Source: Faecousia sp.
GTDB taxonomy: Bacteria; Bacillota; Clostridia; Oscillospirales; Oscillospiraceae
Assembly (NCBI GenBank): GCA_045614325.1
Contig: JAZLCU010000026.1
Coordinates: 293-64,292 of the forward strand
Length of the DNA stretch: 64,000 bases
Direction: 5' to 3'
This document shows, one piece after another, positions 1 to 10,029 of the stretch. Position 1 is the stretch's first letter. The number at the start of each line of letters is the position of its first letter. Below the pieces are notes generated by a model. That model had not been told where the DNA came from and did no database searches. It saw nothing but the letters and a program-made list of their open reading frames with translations. The translations under genes were made by a program, and so were the position numbers.

Positions 1-1
1 C

Positions 2-826
2 TCCACCTTCGACTACGAAGGCGCTCGCGAGCCCTACACTCTGGCTACCGAGAACGACATCCTCAACGGCATGAGCATGCTGATGATGCGTCTGCTGACT
101 CACCGCGCACAGATCTTCGCCGACGTTCGTACTTACTGGTCCGGTGAGGCTACCGAGCGTGTTACCGGCTACAAGCTGGAAGGCAAGGCTGCTGAATCCA
201 ACGGTATCATTCACCTGCTGAACTCCGGCGCTGCTTGCTTGGATGCTTCCGGTGTCTGCACCGACGAAAACGGCAACGCTACCATGAAGAAGTGGTGGGA
301 AGTTACCGACGAGGATATCAAGAAGATGACCGACGCTACCGTATGGTGCGAGGCCGGTCAGGACAACTTCCGCGGCGGCGGATTCTCCAGCCACTACACC
401 ACCAAGGCCGAAATGCCCTGCACCATGATCCGTATGAATCTGGTTAAGGGTCTGGGCCCTGTTCTGCAGATCGCAGAAGGCTGGACTGTCAACCTGCCCG
501 ACGAAGTTTCCGACACTCTGATGGAACGCACCAACCCCACCTGGCCCTGCACTTGGTTTGCTCCTCGCTGCGCCGGCAAGGAAGGCTCCGCATTCAAGAC
601 CGCTTACGAGGTCATGATGAACTGGGGCGCTAACCACGGCGCTATCTCCTACGGCCACATCGGTGCCGACCTGATCACCATGTGCTCCATGCTGCGCATC
701 CCCGTATGCATGCACAACGTTCCCCTGGACGATGTTTACCGTCCCGCTTGCTGGAACGCATTCGGCATGGACAAGGAAGGCCAGGATTACCGCGCTTGCG
801 CTACCTACGGCCCTCTGTACAAATAA
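2..826 (+). CDS. fucI: L-fucose isomerase, C-terminal part (5' truncated by window)
   Basis: ATENDx[17 protein letters not shown] and YGPLYK motifs of FucI; frame open from base 2; next to fucU and an aldolase. Confidence 0.92.
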   Translation, partial: STFDYEGAREPYTLATENDILNGMSMLMMRLLTHRAQIFADVRTYWSGEATERVTGYKLEGKAAESNGIIHLLNSGAACLDASGVCTDENGNATMKKWWEVTDEDIKKMTDATVWCEAGQDNFRGGGFSSHYTTKAEMPCTMIRMNLVKGLGPVLQIAEGWTVNLPDEVSDTLMERTNPTWPCTWFAPRCAGKEGSAFKTAYEVMMNWGANHGAISYGHIGADLITMCSMLRIPVCMHNVPLDDVYRPACWNAFGMDKEGQDYRACATYGPLYK

Positions 827-877
827 TTTCCCCAAAATAAGAGTGGCGGTCTTATGACCGCCACTTTTTAGAAGTAC

Positions 878-1444
878 TTATTTCATCCGATCCCGGATCC
901 AAAGGGTTTTGGCATAGTTTTCCGCTGCTTCCAGGATGCCAATGGCATCTTCCAAGTCTTCGCCCACGCACACCACGCCGTGTCCGCCCAAAAGCGCCAC
1001 CGGCCGACCGTTCAGGGCGTCTTCGATGCCTTTGTGGATATCGTGAGTGCCGTGTTCGCCGTAAGGCAGGCAAACGATATCGCCGAAGATTTTGTGCAAG
1101 AAAGTCGTGGGGTCTGTATGGAAGTCCCGATAGGCAAAGGCATAGGCCGTTAAATACGGCACGTGGCAGTGGAACACCGCATTACAGTCCGGACGGGCTT
1201 TATAAGCCGCTTCGTGCAGGAAGAATTCAGAGGACTTCTTCCCTGTGCCGTCGATCTGCTCCCCTTCCGGGTTTACGATGCAGATCATTTCCGGCTCAAG
1301 CAGGCTTTTGGCCTTATGCGAAGGTGTGATGTAGATATTGCCCGTGGCGCGGTCGATCATCGACAGATTGCCCTCCAGGCTGTTTACCATTCCCTTTTCT
1401 TCTGCCAGCCGGGAAAATTTGGCTACCAATTCTGCGTAGTTCAT
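878..1444 (-). CDS. Class II aldolase/adducin family protein (fuculose-1-phosphate aldolase-like)
   Basis: EGNLS, ITPS, SSE..LH, HCH and GHG zinc-binding motifs; start MNYAEL chosen after an AAGGA RBS. Confidence 0.8.
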   Translation of the reverse strand: MNYAELVAKFSRLAEEKGMVNSLEGNLSMIDRATGNIYITPSHKAKSLLEPEMICIVNPEGEQIDGTGKKSSEFFLHEAAYKARPDCNAVFHCHVPYLTAYAFAYRDFHTDPTTFLHKIFGDIVCLPYGEHGTHDIHKGIEDALNGRPVALLGGHGVVCVGEDLEDAIGILEAAENYAKTLWIRDRMK

Positions 1445-1518
1445 TTGATTCATTCCTTTTGTAGTTTTCTTAATCATATCATTTAAAACTGAAAAGTCAA
1501 CTTTTGGAGGTTATCATT

Positions 1519-1965
1519 ATGTTAAAGAACAACCCCTCTATCCTCTCCCCCGAGCTTTTGAAGGTTCTGGCCGAGATGGGTCACTCCGACCGCATCTGCA
1601 TCGGCGACGGCAACTTCCCCGGCGCTTCTATGGCTAAGGCAAAGAACGCCATCTTCCTGCGCGCTGACGGACACGGTGTTCCCGAGCTGCTGGATGCTAT
1701 CCTGCAGGTTATGCCTTTGGACACCTATGTGGAAAAGCCCGCAATTCTGATGGAAAAGATGGATTGCGACAAGGACCTGGTCATTCCCGTTTGGGACGAG
1801 TACAAGGCCATCATCGCAAAGCACGATGCACGCGGCGCAGAAGCCGTTGGCAACATTGACCGCTTCGACTTCTACGATGAGGCAAAGGATTGCTACTGCA
1901 TTCTGCAGTCCGGCGAAACCGCTATTTACGCCAACATCATTCTGCAAAAGGGCGTTATTAAATAA
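1519..1965 (+). CDS. fucU: L-fucose mutarotase (RbsD/FucU family)
   Basis: MLK..LSPELLKVLAEMGHSD..IGDGNFP and YANIILQKGVI signature; GGAGG RBS. Confidence 0.9.
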   Translation: MLKNNPSILSPELLKVLAEMGHSDRICIGDGNFPGASMAKAKNAIFLRADGHGVPELLDAILQVMPLDTYVEKPAILMEKMDCDKDLVIPVWDEYKAIIAKHDARGAEAVGNIDRFDFYDEAKDCYCILQSGETAIYANIILQKGVIK

Positions 1966-2072
1966 GACGCTTATAAAAAGCCGGCCGGAAACGGTCGGCT
2001 TTTCATTTTCCCTCTTGTTTTTTCGTCGGTATTAGGTTATAATACCGAAAGAATCCAATAGGAGGTCATATT

Positions 2073-2306
2073 ATGGCTGTTAAAATTGAAAAGCAAACCA
2101 TTATCGGTGATATTCTGGATATTGCGCCTCAGGCTGCTCCTTTGTTCTTCGCAATCGGCATGCACTGCCTGGGCTGCCCCTCTGCACGAGGCGAGACCGT
2201 TGAAGAAGCCTGCGCGGTTCACGGCATCGAATGCGAGCCTTTCCTGGCTCAGCTGAACCACTTCCTGGAAGCCTACGAGGCTGACCAGGCTGAAAAGGCC
2301 CAGTAA
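2073..2306 (+). CDS. DUF1858 domain protein
   Basis: IGDIL..GMHCLGCPSARGETVEEACAVHG motif; AGGAGG RBS. Confidence 0.8.
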   Translation: MAVKIEKQTIIGDILDIAPQAAPLFFAIGMHCLGCPSARGETVEEACAVHGIECEPFLAQLNHFLEAYEADQAEKAQ

Positions 2307-2362
2307 GTAACTGGTTATGCCATCCCGTTTATAGGGATGGCATATTCTTTATGAGGTGTTTT

Positions 2363-3061
2363 ATGAAAATTCCATTGTCATCACGGCTGAAGTGCTGCTG
2401 TGATTTTGTACGCCCCGGTGATCGGGTGGCAGACATCGGCTGCGACCACGGATATTTGGGCATTTATCTGCTCACAAAAGGCATCGCCTCCTCTGTGATC
2501 GCATCGGACATAAACGAAGGTCCTTTGCAGAGTGCCAAGCGCAACGGCGAGAAATTCGGCGTTGGCGACAAGATGTCCTTTCATCTTTCCGACGGTGTGC
2601 AAGGCATCCCACAGGAATTTGATACAATGGTCTGCGCCGGTATGGGCGGTGACACTATGGTGTCCATTCTCTCTGCTGCGCCTTGGCTGCGGGATAGCCG
2701 GTATCGGCTGATCCTCCAATGCCAATCCAAGACCCATCTTGTGCGGCAGTATCTGCTGGATATGGGTTGGGTGATTGAAAACGAAGTGGTCATCCGGGAC
2801 GGAAGATTTTTATACACAGTCATATCTGCATCTTGGCAGGATGTCTATTCTAACGGCCCGTTTATGGACTATTACTACTCCCCTTGCCTTCTTGAATCCC
2901 CTACCGCCGAGAGCATCGAGTATTACCATCGGCTGGTCAAAAAGCTGCGGATCTCCGTGAACGGTCAGGGTGAAAACGCAGACATTGAAGAAGAAACTGT
3001 ACTGTCCCAGCTGGAGGCGCTTGCGGAGCGCTACCCTTTCTTACAGGAGGAAGCACAATGA
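2363..3061 (+). CDS. trmK: tRNA (adenine22-N1)-methyltransferase
   Basis: LS.RL, VADIGCDHGYL, SDINEGPL, AGMGG motifs; precedes nif3 as is usual. Confidence 0.88.
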   Translation: MKIPLSSRLKCCCDFVRPGDRVADIGCDHGYLGIYLLTKGIASSVIASDINEGPLQSAKRNGEKFGVGDKMSFHLSDGVQGIPQEFDTMVCAGMGGDTMVSILSAAPWLRDSRYRLILQCQSKTHLVRQYLLDMGWVIENEVVIRDGRFLYTVISASWQDVYSNGPFMDYYYSPCLLESPTAESIEYYHRLVKKLRISVNGQGENADIEEETVLSQLEALAERYPFLQEEAQ

Positions 3062-3843
3062 CAACTGTACAAGATATTTTAGATTACATCGAGAAAATTG
3101 CGCCCGGCTATATGAAAATGGAATGGGATCGCGTGGGACTGAACTGTGGCCATGCGGACGCCCCTGTCACCAAGATTTTAGTGGCGCTTGACCCCTTTGC
3201 GGAGGCAATTGCAGAAGCCAAGGAGCTGGGTGCTGAACTGCTTGTCACCCACCACGCGCTGATTTGGGATGGTGGTTTCGTGAACGATCAAACCACTTGG
3301 GGCAAAAACGCGCTGACGCTCATCGAAAGTGGCATTGCCCACATCAATGCCCACACCAATTTGGATTGCGCCCCCGGCGGTATCAACGATGTTCTGGCCG
3401 CTAAGCTGGGTCTTAACAATATCACGGTCATCAACCCCGTTGGCACAAACGAGCAAGGTCTGCCCTATGGATTACTCAGAACCGGTCTTGTTCCTGAGCA
3501 GTCCTTGGACACATTCCTAGCCGCCGTGAAAAATGCGCTGGGCTGCGAGGGGCTGCGCTATGTGGGCTCCGGCAATGTCCATCGAGTGGCTGTAGGCGGC
3601 GGTTCTTGCGGCAGCGATCTGATGGACGCTGTCAATGCCGGCTGTGATACCTTCGTGACTGCGGATGTGAAGTATAATCAGTTCCGGGAGGCCTACGATT
3701 TGGGAATGAACCTGATCGACGCCGGCCACTTCCACACAGAAAACCCCATTTGCGCTGTTTTGGCGGTAAAATTGCAGGCAGCATTCCCTGAAATCGGCGT
3801 TTTTCTTTCAAAAAACCACACCGATCCTATGAAATTCTATTGA
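3058..3843 (+). CDS. Nif3-like dinuclear metal center protein
   Basis: WD.VGL, THH, HTNLD, GGGS, DAGHFHTE motifs. Confidence 0.9.
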   Translation: MTTVQDILDYIEKIAPGYMKMEWDRVGLNCGHADAPVTKILVALDPFAEAIAEAKELGAELLVTHHALIWDGGFVNDQTTWGKNALTLIESGIAHINAHTNLDCAPGGINDVLAAKLGLNNITVINPVGTNEQGLPYGLLRTGLVPEQSLDTFLAAVKNALGCEGLRYVGSGNVHRVAVGGGSCGSDLMDAVNAGCDTFVTADVKYNQFREAYDLGMNLIDAGHFHTENPICAVLAVKLQAAFPEIGVFLSKNHTDPMKFY

Positions 3844-3907
3844 TTTTCTTGCATTTTTTTGCTAAAATAGATAGGAAATTTTTAAGTAGAACAGGAAGGA
3901 AATGACT

Positions 3908-4636
3908 ATGTCCGGACATTCCAAATGGCATAATATTCAAAAAACCAAGGGCGCACAGGACGCTAAGCGCGCTGCCGCCTTTACAAAAATTGCAAAAGAA
4001 CTGATCGTTGCAGTTAAGGAGGGCGGCGGCATCACCGACCCTGCCAACAACTCCCGTCTGGCAACCATCATCACCAAGGCCAAGGCGGCCAATATGCCCA
4101 ACGACAACATCAAGCGTTGTCTGGAGAAGGCTGCCGGTGCCGGCGGCGGTGACAGCTACGAAACCATCACCTACGAAGGTTACGGCCCCGGCGGTGTTGC
4201 TGTGATCGTAGAGGCTATGACCGACAACCGCAACCGCACCGCAGGCTCTATGCGTCACCACTTCGACAAGTTTGGTGGCAATCTGGGCGCTTCCGGCTGC
4301 GTGGCCTGGAGTTTTGTCAAGAAGGGCGTGCTGGTTATCGACAACGAAGATGGCGACTACGACGAAGAAGAAGTGATGATGGACGCCATGGAAGCCGGCG
4401 CTGACGATTTTGAGGCCGAGGAAGACTGCTTCACCATCTACACCCTCCCCGACGATTTCAACGATGTGGTTGCAAAGTTGGAGAAGTACACCTTCGTTTC
4501 CGCACAGATTGAAATGGTTCCCCAGAACTATCAGAAGTTGGAATCCGAAGAGCAGGCAACCATGATGCAGAAGCTCATCGACGCTATGGAAGACGACGAC
4601 GATGTGCAGAACGTCTGGCACAACTGGGAAGAATAA
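3908..4636 (+). CDS. yebC: YebC/PmpR family protein
   Basis: MSGHSKWHNI, YEGYGPGG, TDNRNRT, DDDVQNVWHN. Confidence 0.93.
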   Translation: MSGHSKWHNIQKTKGAQDAKRAAAFTKIAKELIVAVKEGGGITDPANNSRLATIITKAKAANMPNDNIKRCLEKAAGAGGGDSYETITYEGYGPGGVAVIVEAMTDNRNRTAGSMRHHFDKFGGNLGASGCVAWSFVKKGVLVIDNEDGDYDEEEVMMDAMEAGADDFEAEEDCFTIYTLPDDFNDVVAKLEKYTFVSAQIEMVPQNYQKLESEEQATMMQKLIDAMEDDDDVQNVWHNWEE

Positions 4637-4644
4637 AACAAAAC

Positions 4645-4673
4645 AAACCCTCCCTATTGCAGGGAGGGTTTTT
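4645..4673 (+). terminator. Intrinsic terminator
   Basis: aaaccctccct-att-gcagggagggttttt hairpin with T tail after yebC. Confidence 0.75.
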
Positions 4674-4684
4674 CTATGCGCATA

Positions 4685-5113
4685 TCAAAATGATGCCTCA
4701 AACCAAAACCAATTTTCCGTTATGCGAACGGAAGTTCCGTGATTATCCGTGCTATCTGTCCACGATACTGTGTTTTCGTCTGTTTGCGACAGGGTTACCG
4801 CATCATTGGCGGCATAGGGCTTATGGGTATCGTCGGCAGAATAGTAAAAGCCCTTATAGGTGGAGTTGGGCGCAAGGCCCGCGCCTGCCGTCAGAAACTC
4901 TACCATACCTGCATCGGGATAACAGGTGGTTTTCCAAATACCGTAGCGGCCGGTGGTGTTTTCCTGTTCCAACTGTTCCTGCGCGTAGGTCTGCAAGGAA
5001 TCATTGCATAGAGAAACAAAACTACGGGTCAAATTGTCCTTGAATTTAAGCCCGATCACAGTTGCTGTGAACAGCAAGATCAAAACGCAAAAGGCGATCC
5101 TCTTCTTTCTCAT
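4685..5113 (-). CDS. Hypothetical exported/membrane-anchored protein
   Basis: Basic plus hydrophobic N-terminus; AGGAGG RBS. Confidence 0.65.
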   Translation of the reverse strand: MRKKRIAFCVLILLFTATVIGLKFKDNLTRSFVSLCNDSLQTYAQEQLEQENTTGRYGIWKTTCYPDAGMVEFLTAGAGLAPNSTYKGFYYSADDTHKPYAANDAVTLSQTDENTVSWTDSTDNHGTSVRITENWFWFEASF

Positions 5114-5191
5114 ATGTACCCTCCTCTCTTATAAATCCCATTATACACGCTTAAAGCCGGTGACGCAAGTCACCGGCTCTGTGATTCTTTA

Positions 5192-6136
5192 TTACAGGTT
5201 GATTTGGGCGATGACGGACTTCAGTTTGTCAGCGCTGGCCTGCAGTTTGGCAACTTCTTCGTCAGTCAACTTGTTCAGGATCTTGCCGCGGACACCGGTG
5301 CGGTCAACGATCGCCAGAGTAGACAGGCAGACATCGTCAACACCGTATTCGCCGTGCATCATGGTGGACACGGTCAGGGCTGTGCCTGCGCCGTTGAACA
5401 CGCACTTGCAGATATGGCACACGGACATAGCAACCGCATAGAAGGTCGCGCCCTTGTTCTCGATCACGATAGCGCCGGACTTCTTAACAAAGGTCTCAAC
5501 TTCCTCGTAATCCTGATTCCACACGATACGATCCTTATCGGGAGAGTTTTCCTTATAGGCATCGATGTGGTTGTTGGCAATGGTAGCCAAGGACCAAGGC
5601 ACGAAAGAGCTGTCACCGTGCTCACCATAAACATGAGCGTGGACATTCTTGGGGCTGATGCAGAAACGCTTTGCCAGCTCGGACTGCAAACGGCTGGTGT
5701 CCAGAATGGTGCCGGAGCCGATGATCTGATGCTCGGGCAAGCCGGAGACCTTGTGGAACACATAGGTCAGCACATCAACAGGGTTGGATACGATGACATA
5801 AATGGCCTTGGGCGCATACTGCACCACATTTTTCGCCACATCCTTCAGGATGTTTACATTGGTCTGTGCCAGATCCAAACGAGTCATACCGGGTTTTCTG
5901 GCAATGCCGCAAGTGATCACAACGATGTCAGAGTCTGCTGCATCCTCGTAGTCGCCGGAGCGCACGATGGCCGGAGAATGGAACGGTGCGCCTTGGTAAA
6001 TATCCAGTGCCTCACCCATTGCCTTTTGCTTGTTTACATCGATCAAGACGATCTCAGAAGCTACGCCCTGTACCATCAAATCATTTGCGATCGTTGCGCC
6101 AACATTACCTGCGCCGATAACGCTAATTTTACCCAT
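5192..6136 (-). CDS. ldh: L-lactate dehydrogenase
   Basis: IGAGNVG, RKPGMTRLDL, SNPVD, GTILDTSR, GEHGDS, KGATFYA; start MGKISV after an AAGGAG RBS. Confidence 0.92.
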   Translation of the reverse strand: MGKISVIGAGNVGATIANDLMVQGVASEIVLIDVNKQKAMGEALDIYQGAPFHSPAIVRSGDYEDAADSDIVVITCGIARKPGMTRLDLAQTNVNILKDVAKNVVQYAPKAIYVIVSNPVDVLTYVFHKVSGLPEHQIIGSGTILDTSRLQSELAKRFCISPKNVHAHVYGEHGDSSFVPWSLATIANNHIDAYKENSPDKDRIVWNQDYEEVETFVKKSGAIVIENKGATFYAVAMSVCHICKCVFNGAGTALTVSTMMHGEYGVDDVCLSTLAIVDRTGVRGKILNKLTDEEVAKLQASADKLKSVIAQINL

Positions 6137-6258
6137 TTTTATTTGCTCCTTAACGACATAAATTCCGAAGTTTCGCGCCTTCGGTATCGATACCATTATA
6201 TCGATAGTTTCGTACCTTGTCAAGGGAATTTCTGTGGTTTTTCCCACTTTTACGATGC

Positions 6259-7464
6259 TTACAAATTGGTTAAAATCTCCACCAATAATTTGGTGCAAAG
6301 TTCCATATCCTCCACCGGAACATACTCAAATCTACCGTGGTAATTCTCGCCACCGGTGCAAAGATTGGGGCAAGGCAGGCCCATAAAAGAGAGCCGTGCG
6401 CCGTCAGAGCCGCCTCGGATGGGGACGGTGATGGCAGTCATACCAACAGCTTCCATAGCCCTGACGGCTCTATCGACGATATACATACAAGGCTCGATCT
6501 TCTCGCGCATATTGAAGTAGCTGTCCCGGAGGGTCAGCTCAACGGTTTCCTGTCCGTATTTGGCGTTGATAAATTCAGCCGCGGCGGTCATCAGAGCCTT
6601 CTTCTCTAAGAATTTCTCCATAGAGTGGTCGCGGACAATATAGCGGAGGGTAGACTCCTCCACCTCGCCTGCCATATCTGTCAGGTGGATAAAGCCCTCG
6701 TAGCCGGTGGTATGCTCCGGACGCTGGTCTGCAGGCAGCAGGCCGTGGAACTCCATAGCAATCTGCTGGGAGTTAACCATCTTGTTCTTAGCGGCACCGG
6801 GGTGGATATTGCGGCCGTGGAATACAGCCTTTGCAGAGGCTGCGTTGAAGTTTTCGTACTCCATCTCGCCGATGCTGCCGCCATCCACGGTATAGGCATA
6901 GTCAGCGGCAAAGGCCTCTACATTGAACTTATCTGCGCCGCGGCCGATCTCCTCGTCGGGGGTAAAACCGATCTTCAGGGTGGCGTGGTTCATTTTGGTG
7001 GTCAAAAGGAACTCAGCAGCAGTCAGAATCTCAGCGATACCGGCTTTGTTATCTGCGCCCAGCAGAGTGGTGCCGTCGGTGACGATCAGGTGCTTGCCGT
7101 GGTGGTTTTTCAGGCTCTCGAACTCGGCCTCTTTCATATAAATGCCCTGCTCTTCGTTCAGCAGAATGTCGCCGCCGTTATACTCCACGATCTTGGCCTT
7201 GATATTCTCGCCGCTGGCACCGGGCGCTGTGTCCATATGGGCGATCAGGCCAATGGTGGGCAGGCTGGGATCGCCGGGTACTGTGCCGTACACATAGCCG
7301 TTTTCGTCCATATGGGCATCTGCGATACCCATAGCCAGCATTTCTTCTACCAATGCTGCGCCCAGCACCTTCTGCTTGTCAGTTGAGGGGCAGGTTTCGG
7401 AAAACTCATCAGATGTGGTGTGGTAACCAACATAGCGCAAAAAGCGCTCAGATACACTTATCAT
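6259..7464 (-). CDS. pepT: Peptidase T
   Basis: AHMDT, GTTLLGADNKAG, TPDEEIGRGA, IRGGSDGA motifs. Confidence 0.93.
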   Translation of the reverse strand: MISVSERFLRYVGYHTTSDEFSETCPSTDKQKVLGAALVEEMLAMGIADAHMDENGYVYGTVPGDPSLPTIGLIAHMDTAPGASGENIKAKIVEYNGGDILLNEEQGIYMKEAEFESLKNHHGKHLIVTDGTTLLGADNKAGIAEILTAAEFLLTTKMNHATLKIGFTPDEEIGRGADKFNVEAFAADYAYTVDGGSIGEMEYENFNAASAKAVFHGRNIHPGAAKNKMVNSQQIAMEFHGLLPADQRPEHTTGYEGFIHLTDMAGEVEESTLRYIVRDHSMEKFLEKKALMTAAAEFINAKYGQETVELTLRDSYFNMREKIEPCMYIVDRAVRAMEAVGMTAITVPIRGGSDGARLSFMGLPCPNLCTGGENYHGRFEYVPVEDMELCTKLLVEILTNL

Positions 7465-7519
7465 ACTATCCTCCAAAAAGAAAGAGGCGGGTCATCCCCG
7501 CCTCTTTGGTTCGTTTCAA

Positions 7520-8710
7520 TTACTTGGCAGCCTTTACCAATTCGGCAGTATCCTGTGCGATCATCAGTTCTTCATTGGTGGGAACAACCCAAACCTGAAC
7601 CTTGGAATCGGGAGTGGAAATAACCATTTCCTTGCCGCGCTTGGAGTTCAGCTCGGGATCGATCTTAACACCCAGGAAGCCCAGATATTCGCAGACAGCA
7701 GCACGGACAGCGCAGTCGTTCTCGCCAACCCCGGCGGTGAAGGTCAGAACATCGATGCCGTTCAGCGCAGCAGCGTAAGCGCCAACATACTTAGCAACCT
7801 CGTAGCAGAACTTGTCACGAGCCAGAGCGCAGTTCTCATCGCCGTTCTTTGCGCCGTCTTCCAGATCGCGGAAGTCGGAGGAAACACCGGACATAGCCAG
7901 CATACCGGACTTCTTGTTCAGCATATTCAGGCACTCGTCAACGCTCATACCGTACTTATTGCAGATGAACTGCACGACAGCGGCGTCGATGTCGCCGGAA
8001 CGGGTACCCATAGGAACACCGGCCAAGGGGGTCAGGCCCATGGTGGTATCCTGGCACTTGCCGTCCTTCACAGCGGACATGGAAGAACCGTTGCCCAGGT
8101 GGCAGTTGACCATCTTAAATTCCTTCTTGCCAACCAGCTCGGCGGTACGCTTGGCAACATACTTGTGGGAAGTGCCGTGGAAGCCGTAGCGGCGGATGGA
8201 ATCGTTCTCGTAGTACTCGGTAGGGATAGCATAACGATATGCCTTAGCGGGCATAGTCATATGGAAAGCAGTGTCGAACACAGCAACCTGAGGAGTGGTG
8301 GGCATAACAGCCTGGCAAGCGCGGATACCCATCAGGTTAGCAGGGTTGTGCAGGGGGCCCAGAGGGATGCACTTCTCGATAGCCTTGATGACTTCGTCGT
8401 TGATGATGCAGGAATCGAAGAATTCCATACCGCCGTGCAGAACGCGGTGACCAACTGCATCGATTTCGGCAACGGACTTAATAACGCCGTGCTCAGCATC
8501 CTGCAGGATCTCCAGAGTAGCTGCAATCGCCTCAGTGTGAGTGGGCATAGGAATGTCCTTAACGACCTTATTTTCACCGACCTTGTGGTTCAGACGGCCG
8601 TCGATGCCGATACGCTCGCACAGACCCTTTGCGGAAACCACACCGGTATCGGGATCCATCAGCTGATACTTCAGGCTGGAGGAACCGGCATTGATAATCA
8701 GAATGTTCAT
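7520..8710 (-). CDS. ackA: Acetate kinase
   Basis: INAGSSSLKYQL, GHRV.HGG, PLHNP, RRYGFHGTSH, PTNEELMIA. Confidence 0.96.
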   Translation of the reverse strand: MNILIINAGSSSLKYQLMDPDTGVVSAKGLCERIGIDGRLNHKVGENKVVKDIPMPTHTEAIAATLEILQDAEHGVIKSVAEIDAVGHRVLHGGMEFFDSCIINDEVIKAIEKCIPLGPLHNPANLMGIRACQAVMPTTPQVAVFDTAFHMTMPAKAYRYAIPTEYYENDSIRRYGFHGTSHKYVAKRTAELVGKKEFKMVNCHLGNGSSMSAVKDGKCQDTTMGLTPLAGVPMGTRSGDIDAAVVQFICNKYGMSVDECLNMLNKKSGMLAMSGVSSDFRDLEDGAKNGDENCALARDKFCYEVAKYVGAYAAALNGIDVLTFTAGVGENDCAVRAAVCEYLGFLGVKIDPELNSKRGKEMVISTPDSKVQVWVVPTNEELMIAQDTAELVKAAK

Positions 8711-8850
8711 GAGATTTGCCTCCTAAAATAAATAATGATTTTCTTTTTTGCAAGTATGTGGTAATATAACCATAGATAAGCTTATTATATAATACATTTA
8801 CAAATATCTCAAGTCCGAAAACGGATATTTTTCACAAAAGGAGGGATATT

Positions 8851-9999
8851 TTGGACATCACCGGCATCATTTGCGAATATAACCCCTTCCATTTGGGACA
8901 TCAAAAGCAAATGCAGCACATCAGAGCCACAAAACCGGATAGTGGTATTGTTTGCCTGATGAGTGGAAATTATGTGCAGCGCGGTGCGCCGGCTATTGTA
9001 GACAAGTCCATACGGGCGCAGGCTGCGGTGGAGTGCGGCGCAGATCTGGTGCTGGAGCTACCGGTTACCGCTTCCCTTTCTTCCGCTGAGGGCTTTGCAC
9101 AAGAGGGCGTACGGATTTTGGGTGACTTTTGCAGCGCTTTGAGTTTTGGTGCAGAGACCGCTGACACCGGAACGCTGCTTACCACCGCCAAGGCGCTGCT
9201 GAGCCGCGATTTTCCCGACGCGCTACACAGAGAGCTTGACAAAGGGTTGTCCTTCCCTGCCGCCCGTCAGGCCGCACTGCAGGCTATGGGGTTGGAAGGT
9301 GATACATTGACCCTTCCCAACGACATTTTGGCGACAGAATACTGCAAGGCCATTGTGCAGCAAGGCGTGGCAATGATGCCTATGCCTATGCTCCGGGAGG
9401 GCAGTTATCACGACACGCAGGCCGACCGGCAGAACCCCTCTGCTACCGCCGTGCGAGAACTGATGCTGAAGCAAAACACATATAGTGCCTATATCCCTGA
9501 CAAGGCTTATGATATTTTCGCGCAAGCAACCTTGCATAGCCTTTCTGCCGGCGAGCAGGCCATTCTCTATCGGCTTCGCACTATGACGGACGAAGAATTC
9601 GAAGCCCTTCCGTATGGTAGCGAGGGTCTTTGGCGAAAGTTGATGCATAACGCAAGAACACACACTACCTTGGAAGAGATCTTGACCGCCACCAAATCAA
9701 AGCGTTACACACGCACCCGTTTGGACAGAATGGTGATGTGTGCCTTTTTGGGTGTTACCGCTGAGGACATCGCCTCTCCTGCCCCCTATACCCGCGTGCT
9801 GGCTTTCAACAACACAGGTCGGGAAATTTTAAAAACCGCACGGCAAGCCGGGCTGTTCCCAAATGTCGGCGAGAACATTGACCACCCCTATCAAAAATTG
9901 GAGGAACGGGTCGGACGGCTCTACAGCTCGTTCGCTCTTCGCGGTAACGAAGCGCCCTTTGACGAAGGCGACCGCAGAATTTTCTATAAAGCCGATTAA
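8851..9999 (+). CDS. tmcAL: tRNA(Met) cytidine acetate ligase (HIGH nucleotidyltransferase)
   Basis: GIICEYNPFHLGH, MSGNYVQRG, PNDILA.EY, SATAVR, SKRYT.TR; divergent from ackA. Confidence 0.85.
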   Translation: MDITGIICEYNPFHLGHQKQMQHIRATKPDSGIVCLMSGNYVQRGAPAIVDKSIRAQAAVECGADLVLELPVTASLSSAEGFAQEGVRILGDFCSALSFGAETADTGTLLTTAKALLSRDFPDALHRELDKGLSFPAARQAALQAMGLEGDTLTLPNDILATEYCKAIVQQGVAMMPMPMLREGSYHDTQADRQNPSATAVRELMLKQNTYSAYIPDKAYDIFAQATLHSLSAGEQAILYRLRTMTDEEFEALPYGSEGLWRKLMHNARTHTTLEEILTATKSKRYTRTRLDRMVMCAFLGVTAEDIASPAPYTRVLAFNNTGREILKTARQAGLFPNVGENIDHPYQKLEERVGRLYSSFALRGNEAPFDEGDRRIFYKAD

Positions 10000-10029
10000 A
10001 AAAACGGGTACCCGATGGGTACCCGTTCT

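Noticed and set aside
5192-6298. 368-aa LDH with extended N-terminus
   Set aside because: Overlaps the pepT end; RBS and Rossmann motif place the start at 6,136.
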